64,000 nt of DNA from a candidate division FCPU426 bacterium (GCA_963771075.1 CAVYSE010000007.1:64001-128000); one strand, 5' to 3'. Positions 43,975 to 53,924 are shown, counted from the stretch's first letter. The notes: generated from the letters alone by a model not told the origin. Numbers and translations: made by a program.

Positions 43975-43994
43975 TACAGATGATTTCTATGTTG

Positions 43995-44023
43995 AAACCC
44001 TGGCCTTAGGACCGGGGTTTTTT
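43995..44023 (+). terminator. Rho-independent terminator
   Basis: AAACCCTGG-CCTTAGGA-CCGGGGTTT followed by Ts. Confidence 0.7.
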
Positions 44024-44029
44024 ATTTTA

Positions 44030-44106
44030 GGGCGAATAGCTCAGTTGGTTAGAGCACCTGCTTTACACGCAGGGGGTCACAGGTTCGAATCCTGTTTCGC
44101 CCACCA
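44030..44106 (+). tRNA. tRNA-Val(TAC), integration site of element 2
   Basis: Anticodon arm CCTGC-TTTACAC-GCAGG, CCA. Confidence 0.95.
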
Positions 44107-44121
44107 TATTTTTCAACGGTT

Positions 44122-45225
44122 TTACGACTTCACTTCCTGGCCGGCAAGGATCCGTGTCATATCCGTGTCAAACTGCCTCTCAACCTGTTGTAGCGCGTTC
44201 ACCCGGTCCTGCCGGTCGATCCGGTTGTACCGTCTGAACATCGCATAGGTCTTGTGGCCCGATATGGACATGATGACCGAGTCGTTCACCCCCGCCTTCC
44301 GCAAGTTGGTCACCGCGCAATGCCGGAGATCGTGGAACCGGAAGTTCTTGATCCCCGCCTTACGGACCGCTTTCCTGAAGCCGGTCTTGATGTTCTTGAT
44401 GCGCTGGCCCTTGTAGGTGAAGACATAGGGGCTTCCCAGGTTCCGGGGTGTCCGTTTCAGGAGTTTCAAAAGCCCCTCCGTCAATGGCACCTCCCGCTTC
44501 TCCTGGGTCTTGGTGTCCGCGGCTTCCAGGGTGACGACCTTGTTTTGGAAGTCCACCTGTTCCCACCGCAGGCCCAAAATCTCCCCCCGCCGCATTCCCG
44601 TCCAATAAGCCAGCTGGACGATTGCGGAAAGGCGCGGGGAACAAAACCCCAAGAGGCTTTGGAATTCCTCAAGCGTCAAGGTGCGGTCCCGTGATTCTTC
44701 CCGGAAGGCCCGAACCTTTTGAATCGGGTTTTTCTCCAACAAGCCGTTGAAGACAGCCCGGCTCATGATGCTTTTGATTACTCCAAGGTCCCGGTTCAAG
44801 GTGCAGTTGGAAAGGGGTTTTCCCCCAAAGGCAACATTGCCCGCTTTCCGCCTTTGGGTCAAATAACCCTCAACAATGTCCGGCGTTAAACTTTTCAAGG
44901 GCCTGTTACCAAAGTAACCCTTGAGCCGCTTAACCATCTGGATATCGTTCTCGTGGCTTTTCCTTCTTGCCTCGGAATAAACCAGGAACAAATCCGCCGC
45001 TTCGGTGAAGGTGACTTCCGGCTTGTCCTCGGCCAGGAACTTTTCAGCCACGATTTCCCTCGTGTGCTGGGCTAAGACCTGCTTTGCCTGGGTCAAAGGA
45101 ATGAACCCCAACCGCACTCTTTTGCGCTTTCTTATACCTCCTTCCCGGATGAAGTAATCCAGAAAATACCCCTTATCGTCCTTGCGGAGAAATTGGGGCA
45201 ATCCATGAACATTAGGTCTACTCAT
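44122..45225 (-). CDS. Tyrosine recombinase / integrase (element 2)
   Basis: All catalytic residues present; roughly 80% identical by eye to the element 1 integrase. Confidence 0.96.
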   Translation of the reverse strand: MSRPNVHGLPQFLRKDDKGYFLDYFIREGGIRKRKRVRLGFIPLTQAKQVLAQHTREIVAEKFLAEDKPEVTFTEAADLFLVYSEARRKSHENDIQMVKRLKGYFGNRPLKSLTPDIVEGYLTQRRKAGNVAFGGKPLSNCTLNRDLGVIKSIMSRAVFNGLLEKNPIQKVRAFREESRDRTLTLEEFQSLLGFCSPRLSAIVQLAYWTGMRRGEILGLRWEQVDFQNKVVTLEAADTKTQEKREVPLTEGLLKLLKRTPRNLGSPYVFTYKGQRIKNIKTGFRKAVRKAGIKNFRFHDLRHCAVTNLRKAGVNDSVIMSISGHKTYAMFRRYNRIDRQDRVNALQQVERQFDTDMTRILAGQEVKS

Positions 45226-46024
45226 GCGTCCCTCCTAATGTCCCCAGCACAAACATATTACCAGGGGCCAAGATTTTTTCAAAAGAAGTACCCAGCACAA
45301 CCGCCGAAAACGCGAAAAGTTCAATAACGCCTTCAAAGTGTTGGAAGCATGGGTTTGGGTTGTTTGATTTGGGTTTGAAGTTAGAAGTGGCTTTAATTAG
45401 TGCCGCAATATGGGCGGCCAAGCGAACCAAGAGGCCAGACCCCACTACCGTTTTCCTGGATAGGAACTTGATCCAGGGGGAGTGGGGTCTGGCGTCGCAG
45501 GTGAGAAAACAGCCGCCCATATTGCGGCTATTTCCTGAAAAAAGATGTGAGTCAGAGTCACGTTCCGCTTTAAGCAGGTTTAAGTTCCGGCTCAAGCGAG
45601 TCGTGCCTCTCTTTTGGTGGATCGTTAAATTGAGTTGTGAAGCGTTCAAGGTTTGGGGGATTCTCCGGGTTGATTGACTTGGATTTGAAAGTTCACTTGT
45701 CGAAGGGTAACAACTTGCGAGGACGAAATCTTCGGGGAAGTAATCGCCCTTTAAATGCAAAATCTGAAATCTAAAAAGTTCGTTCATCCGTCACCGCCGT
45801 GTTTTGTGATATTTATTTTGACTCTCTTGAGCGCCTAAACGTTTCTTTGAACGGAATAATTTTTTTGAATTGTCACTGACTGCCACTTACCGCCGCTAAC
45901 TGCCACTTGTGATCGGTAGTGATCGTTTATGCGCATTCTCCGTAACCATCGTTAACCATGGATTACCATGGATTGACGCAATAGATTTTTATGACACTCA
46001 AAATTTTTGGGAGCGAAAGGAGAA

Positions 46025-46078
46025 ATGAACCGTCCAAAAGGCATGAAGACAATCTCCCTGCAAGGATGCGGTCCATGA
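46025..46078 (+). CDS. 17-aa leader peptide MNRPKGMKTISLQGCGP coupled to the rep-like gene
   Basis: AAGGAG RBS; its TGA overlaps the ATG at 46075 (ATGA). Confidence 0.6.
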   Translation: MNRPKGMKTISLQGCGP

Positions 46079-46878
46079 GCCAATACCTTGAAATCAGCGA
46101 TACCGAAGCTCAGCACCTCGCCTGGATTCACTCAAACAAGTTCACCATCCCCGAGTTATTCCAAAAAAAGTTTTATCCCCAAGGCACCTACCGAAACGCT
46201 TGTTACGTTCTCAGCAAATACGTCAAAAAAGGTTTTCTGCTTTTCGACAAGCCCCACATGTTCGCGCATAACTTTTACTTCCTGACCATTCAAGCCATTC
46301 GCACCATGGACGAGACAGGGCAGATGATTGTCATGGGCCGAAAACACCCCATCCGAATCAACCCCTACGAGCGACAGCATGACCTTATGGTTCAGGAGCT
46401 AAGAATCACCTTGGAGGCCTGCCCTAGCTTGGTGGATATCTTTTGGGTCAGTGACTTCGAAATGCGGGCTGGTATCACCCCGCGAACCAAGGCCGAATTC
46501 CTTAATGGGGAGTTAGAAAGCAACTGGCGGGTGAGGGCCTATGAAAGGGCTAAGTCCTTGGTCCGAAGGACGCCGGACGGGTACTTTGAAGCCGACTTCC
46601 AGGGGGATAGGCGGGCATTTGTCCTGGAATTCGAGCGGACGGCCTACCACTGGAACATGGTCAAGCGGATGGTCTATAACCTGGACGATGCCTTTCCCCA
46701 TGCCTTGCGGCTTGTCGTCTCGGAAACCGTGCCCCATTCCAGGCGGATGATCCGCTACCTGCAAGCCTGGGTCCGGGAGAAAGACCTTTCTTGGTGGTTC
46801 GTGAGTGACTTTCAGAAGCTGACGACCCAGCCTTTCGAAGACTGCTGGTATCAAATCAACCATCCCTTGGAGCAATAG
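46075..46878 (+). CDS. Replication-relaxation (Replic_Relax-like) protein (element 2)
   Basis: 267 aa, same length and motifs as 35399-36202. Confidence 0.7.
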   Translation: MSQYLEISDTEAQHLAWIHSNKFTIPELFQKKFYPQGTYRNACYVLSKYVKKGFLLFDKPHMFAHNFYFLTIQAIRTMDETGQMIVMGRKHPIRINPYERQHDLMVQELRITLEACPSLVDIFWVSDFEMRAGITPRTKAEFLNGELESNWRVRAYERAKSLVRRTPDGYFEADFQGDRRAFVLEFERTAYHWNMVKRMVYNLDDAFPHALRLVVSETVPHSRRMIRYLQAWVREKDLSWWFVSDFQKLTTQPFEDCWYQINHPLEQ

Positions 46879-46887
46879 GGGGTTTCC

Positions 46888-47112
46888 TGGCCGTGGAAAA
46901 AATGTCCTACGGTCTTTCATTCGGACGGAACTACAAATTTTAATCTTTCGGCTTTTTTAGGGGTATTTTCCCGTGTTCCGATGGCGAGCCCCCCTATCTC
47001 TGCATCAAGTACGGATGCAAGAAACGATAGGGGGGCTCGCCCTCTCCACACGGGAAAACCAGAGGCGTTATTTTTAAAAAAAAGGATGATACAAATTCAA
47101 ATTAAAATCAGA
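46888..47112 (+). ncRNA. Candidate structured ncRNA or ssDNA origin hairpin (element 2)
   Basis: Homologue of 36211-36435 with a covarying stem. Confidence 0.55.
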
Positions 47113-47252
47113 TTCAAGAACAAGACAAAGCAAACCGGAGCAGTATTCAGAGGGGGTAGGTTGGAATGGAAGTGGTAGTGCAGTTTTGGGTGGTAGGTGG
47201 TGAAGGGGGTTGGTGTATAATCAGGGGCAGGTGAATTCTTGAAAGTGAAAAA

Positions 47253-47585
47253 ATGATTCAACTCAAAGATCGTTCAACAACAGAAGAACTTCAGGAAGTG
47301 GTTGAGAGGGTTATCGGCAGGTTTCATCCCGATAGAATCCTCCTCTATGGTTCTTTTGCTTATGGTGATCCCCGCCCGGACAGTGACTTTGATTTATTGG
47401 TGGTCTTGCCCGACCCTCCCGCCCGGCAGGTTGGATGGGAAGCGGCTCATGAAATACGCCTCAAACATCCCCTTCAATTGGTTTTCATGAAGACTGAAGT
47501 GTTCGAGGAAACCAAAGACGTTGTCGGGGGCCTTGCCTATCCCGCCAATCATTGGGGAAAAGTGCTCCATGAAAAGGCTTCGTGA
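47253..47585 (+). CDS. MNT nucleotidyltransferase
   Basis: LYGSFAYGDPRPDSDFDL. Confidence 0.9.
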   Translation: MIQLKDRSTTEELQEVVERVIGRFHPDRILLYGSFAYGDPRPDSDFDLLVVLPDPPARQVGWEAAHEIRLKHPLQLVFMKTEVFEETKDVVGGLAYPANHWGKVLHEKAS

Positions 47586-47997
47586 ACAGGTCATTTGGGA
47601 CTTTATTCAAGGCTGGCTTAAAAAAGCCGAGAGCGACCTAATCGCCGCCGAGATAACTCTAAATACAAAATCAGAAGACCATTTCATCTCCGCTTTCCAC
47701 TCCCAGCAAGCCGTTGAAAAATACCTAAAGGCTTTTCTCATTTGGCGACAGGTGCCCTATCTCAAAACCCATGAGATCAAAAAATTATTGTCTCTTTTCC
47801 CGGCGGAAGACGCGGAGCTGGTAAAGGGATTGTCTGAAGCTGATTGGTTGACGCCCTTTGGGGTTGAATTTCGTTATCCAGGCGATGAAGTTGCCGACCT
47901 GGAAACGGCAAAGAAAGCCGTGGACCAGGCAAAAAAAGTTCAGAAAATCTTCTTTGGATGCCTAAAAGATTATCTCGAAAAGGGACGACCTGGTTAG
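47569..47997 (+). CDS. HEPN-domain protein
   Basis: WLKKAESDL, FHSQQAVEKYLKA, KTHEI, FRYP. Confidence 0.9.
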   Translation: MKRLREQVIWDFIQGWLKKAESDLIAAEITLNTKSEDHFISAFHSQQAVEKYLKAFLIWRQVPYLKTHEIKKLLSLFPAEDAELVKGLSEADWLTPFGVEFRYPGDEVADLETAKKAVDQAKKVQKIFFGCLKDYLEKGRPG

Positions 47998-48004
47998 GGG
48001 AAAT

Positions 48005-48667
48005 TTGTTGCCTACTCAAAAATGTTACACGGAAAAAGAGCTTATAAAAGAGTTGAAAAAATTTAAGCCTAAATGGAAAAAATGGTTTAACTTTCACCGA
48101 TTGTGGGAACAGGATAGTGAAATAGAAAAGTTTATCCGCCATGCCGTTGACGGGAGTACATTCAGAGCTTTTCGCGGAGTTAAAAACCCAGCAATAAAAT
48201 TTAGAATTTGGGCGAAAAAGTATTTGACCGACAAGCGTTTAGAAGAACTTCGTAAAATAAAAAGTCAAACCGAATATTCTGAATGGCTAAACGATATGAG
48301 AAAACACTTGCAAGGCCATTGGAAAGCCAAAAAGAAAATGGATTACGGCCATGCCATGAAACTCTCAAACCTATTGGTAAAGCAACTTTGTTGTTCAAAA
48401 AGGGAAATACCGCAAAAAACGTTCAATGAAATAATCGAGTTCATCGAGGTGCCGCTTGATAAATATTCTCTTCAAGCCATAGCCAATTGTAAAAAATATT
48501 TGCCGGAAGACGTCAAGATTAAAGGAACTGATGCGATGGGTTATATAAAAAACGATAAGAAAAAGTACAAAAAAATTCAGGATGGTATTCGAATGCTTAT
48601 CAATGAAAATAAAGTAAAAGTGCCTCCAATTGCTTTCGATTTATTCGTTTGGAACCATGCCCATTAA
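48005..48667 (+). CDS. Basic, Lys-rich hypothetical protein (AT-rich cargo)
   Basis: 220-aa ORF; motifs YGHAMKLSNLLVK, EVPLD, FDLFVW. Confidence 0.7.
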   Translation: MLPTQKCYTEKELIKELKKFKPKWKKWFNFHRLWEQDSEIEKFIRHAVDGSTFRAFRGVKNPAIKFRIWAKKYLTDKRLEELRKIKSQTEYSEWLNDMRKHLQGHWKAKKKMDYGHAMKLSNLLVKQLCCSKREIPQKTFNEIIEFIEVPLDKYSLQAIANCKKYLPEDVKIKGTDAMGYIKNDKKKYKKIQDGIRMLINENKVKVPPIAFDLFVWNHAH

Positions 48668-48706
48668 GGTCCAATAAAGAACATTATGAAAAGAAACGGA
48701 GGAAAA

Positions 48707-49603
48707 ATGAATAAAGTATTATTTGTATTATTGGCACTTGGACTAAGTGGCCCATTGATGGCAAATGACAAAATTGTGGTACAGATTAATAACGATATAT
48801 CCATGGAGAACTATAAAAAAGACCTCTACTTAGCGATGCATTTTTACAAATTGAAAAATTTTAAGGAAGTTTTAAAAGAACTTAAGAAATTTGAAAAGGA
48901 TACGGCTGTTGAAAATCCTTCGCCAAGTGGACAAGCGACTTATTCATACATCCTTTATCGAGTAACGATGTACCAAGCCCAAATGGCACAAAAACAAGGG
49001 AATAAAATTTTGTATTTGGAGTGTAAGGATAAAGCTAGAGATCTATTAGACAGGATTCAAAATATTAGTGATGTGAATGACGAAAGGGTTAATCAAGCAC
49101 TTGGACCTGGGCACGGCGGAGCTATCCTAGTTGCGATAGATGAAATAAAACCTTATTTTGATTGTTACGATAGTAACGAAAGAAATTGTGATGATTACTT
49201 TGTTCAACCGATTGCTACTCCAACCCCTGAAATGATACCCGTGACTGTATCCGTCGAGTTGTCGCCAAAAGCCACTCCGGTAATAAATATGGGTTATTAT
49301 GAATATAAAAATCCCCCGGGTTTGCAAGTAACGATGAATTGGAACCCGATTCTTGAAAGCACAAATGCCGCAACTACGGTAATTTATCTTCCTAAGGGAA
49401 GCGGAAAGCGTTTTCAGATTGAGGAAGAATTTCCTAAAGATGAAAATGCATCATTTACCCTAGTGATTTCTCAACCTGGATCAGAATCCGTAACAAGTCA
49501 TGGAGTTGATTGTAGTGCTGGTCTTGGTTGTCGCCGGGCAATGATAGACGTTAGAGCGGGAGAAAATATTTCAAATATGTTAAGTGAATCCAGCGGAAAT
49601 TAA
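48707..49603 (+). CDS. Secreted hypothetical protein (helical N-domain, TPT linker, beta C-domain)
   Basis: GGAGG RBS, MNKVLF signal peptide. Confidence 0.7.
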   Translation: MNKVLFVLLALGLSGPLMANDKIVVQINNDISMENYKKDLYLAMHFYKLKNFKEVLKELKKFEKDTAVENPSPSGQATYSYILYRVTMYQAQMAQKQGNKILYLECKDKARDLLDRIQNISDVNDERVNQALGPGHGGAILVAIDEIKPYFDCYDSNERNCDDYFVQPIATPTPEMIPVTVSVELSPKATPVINMGYYEYKNPPGLQVTMNWNPILESTNAATTVIYLPKGSGKRFQIEEEFPKDENASFTLVISQPGSESVTSHGVDCSAGLGCRRAMIDVRAGENISNMLSESSGN

Positions 49604-49935
49604 ACTGTAGGATCAATCGGTGTCATATACGTGTCAAATTTGGACTCACTGAATGAATTGCAGGCAGTCTTTTTTACGACCCCCTCCATGAAATGCAGGG
49701 GCTTACAAGGCACAGGCGGTAAAAATTAGTCGTTCTGCCGTGTCATATACGTGTCAAACTTAACCATGCTTTACGATGCTTGACCATCACTTACCGCCGT
49801 TTACCGCCACTTCAAAAAAAGAGCCCTTGCCGCTCAGGTCGTAAAACCGTTGCAGGCAAAGGCCCTTGAAACTGTGCTGGGGACTGTGAATTTTTAAACT
49901 CGCTCTAAAAGAGCGTCCAAATATGGTTTCGGTGA

Positions 49936-49981
49936 TTTACACGCAGGGGGTCACAGGTTCGAATCCTGTTTCGCCCACCAT
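49936..49981 (+). repeat. Distal att site of element 2: tRNA-Val 3' half duplicate
   Basis: Identical to 44062-44107. Confidence 0.95.
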
Positions 49982-50119
49982 TTTTGATAATGATTAGACA
50001 TTTTTTTCTTACAAAAATATAACCGCTCGCCGACAACTGTTTGCCAGGACTTACTTGTATTTTTGGGCTTTTTGGTTAAAATTCTCTCCCTGTTAAAAAG
50101 AGTCGTTGGTTTTTGAATT

Positions 50120-50195
50120 GGGGGCGTAGCTCAGCTGGGAGAGCACTTCCATGGCATGGAAGGGGTCGTGGGTTCGATCCCCATCGCCTCCACCA
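50120..50195 (+). tRNA. tRNA-Ala(GGC)
   Basis: G3:U70, anticodon arm CTTCC-ATGGCAT-GGAAG, CCA. Confidence 0.95.
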
Positions 50196-50414
50196 ATTTT
50201 AAAGTCTTTTTCCACTAAACCATAACCTACATGCTGTCAAATCCCACCTTTGAAAGATAAATATCTATCCATAGATGGTATAAATGCGGAGATCCGAGCG
50301 GCTTGAATCCGTTCATTTATTGAGCCACAATGTTTTGTCGTTCATTAAACGCTCCAATAAAAATACTTTTAGCTGGAATCCAGTTCGACTCACGACCCAA
50401 ACAGCAGGAAGTTA

Positions 50415-51563
50415 ATGCTTTCCCGAGAAACGCTTGAACAATTAGAAGATCAAACCTTATCTTCCTACGCTCAAAAAAGCAGGGTTAGCCGGGGACGGCT
50501 GCATGCCGAGGAAGAACATCCCTATCGAACGATATTTCAAAGGGATCGGGATAGGATTATCCATTCTTCGGCCTTTCGAAGGCTTCAATATAAAACACAA
50601 GTTTTCGTCAACCATGAAGGGGATTACTACCGCACCCGAATTACCCACACTATGGAAGTGGCCCAGATTGCCAGGTCTATCGCCCGTTCCCTGGGGCTCA
50701 ACCAAGATCTCACTGAGGCCATTGCCTTGGCCCATGACTTGGGACATACGCCTTTTGGGCACTCTGGAGAAAAAGTCCTAAATGAGATCATGAAAGATGA
50801 GGGGGGGTTTGAGCATAACGCCCAAAGTTATCGGATTGTGACCCATTTGGAGGATAAATATCCGGCATTTCGGGGGCTCAATCTTTCTTACGAGGTTTTG
50901 GAGGGAGTGGATAAGCATCGGACCCGGTATGACCGGCCGTTGGATACCGTGGGGGAACAATACACCCTGGAGGCGCAAATCGTGGATCTGGCGGACGAGA
51001 TCGCTTATACCTCCCACGACCTGGATGATGGTTTAACTTCCGGCTTGCTGGGTTTTGACGGATTAGGTCAGACGGGTCTATGGAAACGTAATTATGATAA
51101 GGTCCTTATCCAAAATCCGGGGCTCGCCTCCAACAAAATGAAATACCAGACGGTCCGCTCTATTATCAATGAAGAGGTTACCGACCTTTTAACAGAGGCG
51201 GATTCGAGACTTGCAAGCCGGGGCATCCAAACCCTGGATCAGGTCCGTTCTTGTCCGGAAGAACTTGTTTCTTTTTCCAATGCGTTCCGCCAGGAACATC
51301 TGGAGATGAAAAAATACCTTTTTCAAAATATGTACCGGCATCCCAAGGTGACCCGGATGGAAGGTAAGGCCGCAAAGGTATTGAAGGAATTATTCCGTAT
51401 TTATGAGGAAACTCCAGAAATTCTCCCGGGTAATACCAGGGAAAAAATACGATTGGCCCAGGAGCCTCTCCGCCGAATCATATGTGACTATATCGCAGGA
51501 ATGACTGACCGCTTTGCAATAGAAGAATACGAAAAGCTGACTGAACCTTCCATACGGGTTTAA
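50415..51563 (+). CDS. dgt: dGTP triphosphohydrolase
   Basis: FQRDRDRIIHS.AFRRLQYKTQVF, HDLGHTPFGHSGE, DYIAGMTD. Confidence 0.94.
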   Translation: MLSRETLEQLEDQTLSSYAQKSRVSRGRLHAEEEHPYRTIFQRDRDRIIHSSAFRRLQYKTQVFVNHEGDYYRTRITHTMEVAQIARSIARSLGLNQDLTEAIALAHDLGHTPFGHSGEKVLNEIMKDEGGFEHNAQSYRIVTHLEDKYPAFRGLNLSYEVLEGVDKHRTRYDRPLDTVGEQYTLEAQIVDLADEIAYTSHDLDDGLTSGLLGFDGLGQTGLWKRNYDKVLIQNPGLASNKMKYQTVRSIINEEVTDLLTEADSRLASRGIQTLDQVRSCPEELVSFSNAFRQEHLEMKKYLFQNMYRHPKVTRMEGKAAKVLKELFRIYEETPEILPGNTREKIRLAQEPLRRIICDYIAGMTDRFAIEEYEKLTEPSIRV

Positions 51564-51583
51564 TTCAGCCCTTTTGGGCCAAG

Positions 51584-51612
51584 TTGACAGGCCTTCCCTT
51601 TGACATTAATAT
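51584..51612 (+). promoter_or_regulatory. Candidate sigma70 promoter for the arg/lys operon
   Basis: TTGACA-17 bp-TAATAT. Confidence 0.45.
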
Positions 51613-51724
51613 GACCTCACTTTAAGAAGTCCCCGTGGGCGGAATGTTCCCGGGGGCTTTTTTGTTTAAAACCATCCTTGGGCGCGGAGGAAAATCGAAC
51701 CCGGGGTTGGGAAAGGGGCCTTCC

Positions 51725-52936
51725 ATGGAAACATACCAAATCATCCAACAGGGAGACGATTATCTCTTGCCGGTTTACAACCGCCAGAAGATTGTCCTGA
51801 TGCGAGGGGAGGGTGCCCATGTTTATGATTCGGAACGGGTGGTATATCTCGATTTCTTTTCCGGCATTGCGGTCAATGGGTTGGGACACGCCTGTCCCGA
51901 GGTGGTGGAAGCCATCATCGGGGAGGCAAAAAAACTGGGGCATGTCTCCAATTATTATTACAACGCCCCCAACGTGCAGTTGGCCAAACTTCTATGCGAG
52001 ATTTCGTTCGCCCAGAAAGTATTCTTTTGCAATTCGGGGACCGAGGCGGTCGAGGCGGCCCTGAAACTGTCACGCAAATATTTCCGCCGCATGGGGCAGG
52101 ATCGTTTCGAGATCATCAGTTTTTTCCAATCTTTCCATGGCCGCACATTTGGTTCTATCTCCGTGACGGGACAGGTGAAATTCCAAGAAGGGTTGGATCC
52201 ACTTCTGCCGGGAATCCGTCACGCCCAGTTTAACCATATCGAAAGCGTCAAGAAGCTCTTGAACGAAAAGACAGCGGCCATATTGGTGGAAGTGATCCAA
52301 TGTGAAGGGGGCATTCGGCCTGCCGATAAAACCTTCTTGAAAGAATTGAGTACCCTAGCCCGGGAGAACGGTATTTTCCTCATTCTGGATGAAGTCCAAA
52401 CCGGATTAGGCCGCACGGGTAAAATGTGGGCTTACGAGCATTATGACATCGAGCCCGACATGATGGTATCTGCCAAGGCGCTGGGGGGAGGCTTGCCCAT
52501 GGGAGCTTTATTGGTGACCAACCAGGCGGCCCAGGGGTTCAAACCGGGGGACCATGCCTCGACTTTCGGGGGCAATCCCATCGTTTGTGCTGCTGCCATT
52601 GCCAATATTGAGACCATTATCGGGAAGGATCTGGTGATTCATGCCGGTAAAATCGGGGAATACCTCAAAAAATCCCTGATTGGCTTGGTGAAGAATTATC
52701 CCCAATTGTTCAAGGAGTGGAGGGGGATGGGATTGGTGCAGGGTCTAGAAATGACCCGCAAGGCCGCATCCCTCGTCACCCATTGCGCCAAACAGGGACT
52801 TTTGGTGGGTTCGGCTTTTGAGAATGTGCTTCGGTTTCTGCCCCCGTTGATCATCAAGGAGACGGACGTAGATCAGGCCATGGAAAAACTCAAAAAAGCC
52901 ATTGAGGAAGAACTCAAGACAACACCTGAAGGATGA
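51725..52936 (+). CDS. argD: Acetylornithine aminotransferase
   Basis: FFCNSGTEA, SFHGRT, DEVQTGLGRTG, AKALGGG, HASTFGGNP; first gene of the arg cluster. Confidence 0.92.
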   Translation: METYQIIQQGDDYLLPVYNRQKIVLMRGEGAHVYDSERVVYLDFFSGIAVNGLGHACPEVVEAIIGEAKKLGHVSNYYYNAPNVQLAKLLCEISFAQKVFFCNSGTEAVEAALKLSRKYFRRMGQDRFEIISFFQSFHGRTFGSISVTGQVKFQEGLDPLLPGIRHAQFNHIESVKKLLNEKTAAILVEVIQCEGGIRPADKTFLKELSTLARENGIFLILDEVQTGLGRTGKMWAYEHYDIEPDMMVSAKALGGGLPMGALLVTNQAAQGFKPGDHASTFGGNPIVCAAAIANIETIIGKDLVIHAGKIGEYLKKSLIGLVKNYPQLFKEWRGMGLVQGLEMTRKAASLVTHCAKQGLLVGSAFENVLRFLPPLIIKETDVDQAMEKLKKAIEEELKTTPEG

Positions 52937-52939
52937 AAT

Positions 52940-53869
52940 ATGCTAACCCAACCCAAACATCTTCTAACTCTTTTGGAGCTTCCTAACCAGGAGCTTCTGG
53001 GAATGTTGGCTCTCGGTGAGAAGGTCAAAAAATCACCATCGAAATATCAAAAGGCTTTGGCTGGGCAGTGCCTGGCCATGATCTTCGATAAAAGCTCGGC
53101 CAGGACCCGGATATCTTTCGAAGTCGGCATTTACCAATTAGGCGGTCACGCCCTTTTTATCAACGGGAACGAAATCCAAATCGGTAAGCGCGAGTCCGTG
53201 GGCGACACGGCGAAAGTGTTATCCCGGTATGTCCAGGCCATCATGATCCGGACATTTGGCCATTCCATCGTTGAGGAATTGGCCAAGAATTCAAGGGTTC
53301 CCGTTATTAACGGCCTTACCGATAGCCACCATCCCTGTCAGGCCTTGGCCGACCTATTAACTCTGCAGGAAGAGTTCAACCGCTTAAAGGGGCTTCAGGT
53401 CGTTTTTGTGGGAGATGGGAACAACGTGGCCCACAGCCTCATGATTGGGGCGGCGAAATCGGGGGTTCATTTTCGGCTAGTTTGTCCACCGGGTTATGAA
53501 ATGGATACAAATCTGATCCGTCAAGCCAAAGCCGAGGCCTTGAAGACTGGCGCGAGGGTCGAAACCACGCACCATATCAAAGGTTCGGTCAAGGGGGCTA
53601 ATGCCGTCTATACCGATGTTTGGACCAGCATGGGGCAAGAGGCTGAGAAAACCAAGCGATTGAAGGCCTTCAAGGGTTTTCAGGTCAATGAATCCTTAAT
53701 GAGGGAATCTCCCCAAGCGATATTTCTTCACTGTCTTCCGGCCCACCGGGGTGAGGAAGTTTCCACCGATGTAATCGATGGAGCGCGTTCCCGAGTATGG
53801 GATCAGGCGGAAAACCGATTGCATGCCCAAAAAGCGGTGCTCTTGATGTTGATGGGCAAAAACAAATGA
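52940..53869 (+). CDS. argF: Ornithine carbamoyltransferase
   Basis: SSARTR (STRT variant), HPCQ, DVWTSMG, HCLP. Confidence 0.95.
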   Translation: MLTQPKHLLTLLELPNQELLGMLALGEKVKKSPSKYQKALAGQCLAMIFDKSSARTRISFEVGIYQLGGHALFINGNEIQIGKRESVGDTAKVLSRYVQAIMIRTFGHSIVEELAKNSRVPVINGLTDSHHPCQALADLLTLQEEFNRLKGLQVVFVGDGNNVAHSLMIGAAKSGVHFRLVCPPGYEMDTNLIRQAKAEALKTGARVETTHHIKGSVKGANAVYTDVWTSMGQEAEKTKRLKAFKGFQVNESLMRESPQAIFLHCLPAHRGEEVSTDVIDGARSRVWDQAENRLHAQKAVLLMLMGKNK

Positions 53870-53924
53870 CGGGACTCAATGCCGATCTACAACCTGAAAC
53901 CGCCATGGATACAAGGAGCCGATC

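Larger units (their letters stand above)
44062..49981. mobile_element. Integrative element 2 (~5.9 kb) in tRNA-Val(TAC)
   Basis: Perfect 46-bp direct repeat 44062-44107 / 49936-49981; integrase adjacent to the tRNA. Confidence 0.93.

Noticed and set aside
45218..45787. 189-aa minus-strand ORF as a real gene
   Set aside because: The part shared with element 1 shows mainly non-synonymous changes and the rest resembles nothing I recognise. Not excluded, but unsupported.
50370..50400. GTTCGACTC as a tRNA remnant or third att site
   Set aside because: No T-stem or acceptor pairing and no match to any tRNA in the window.
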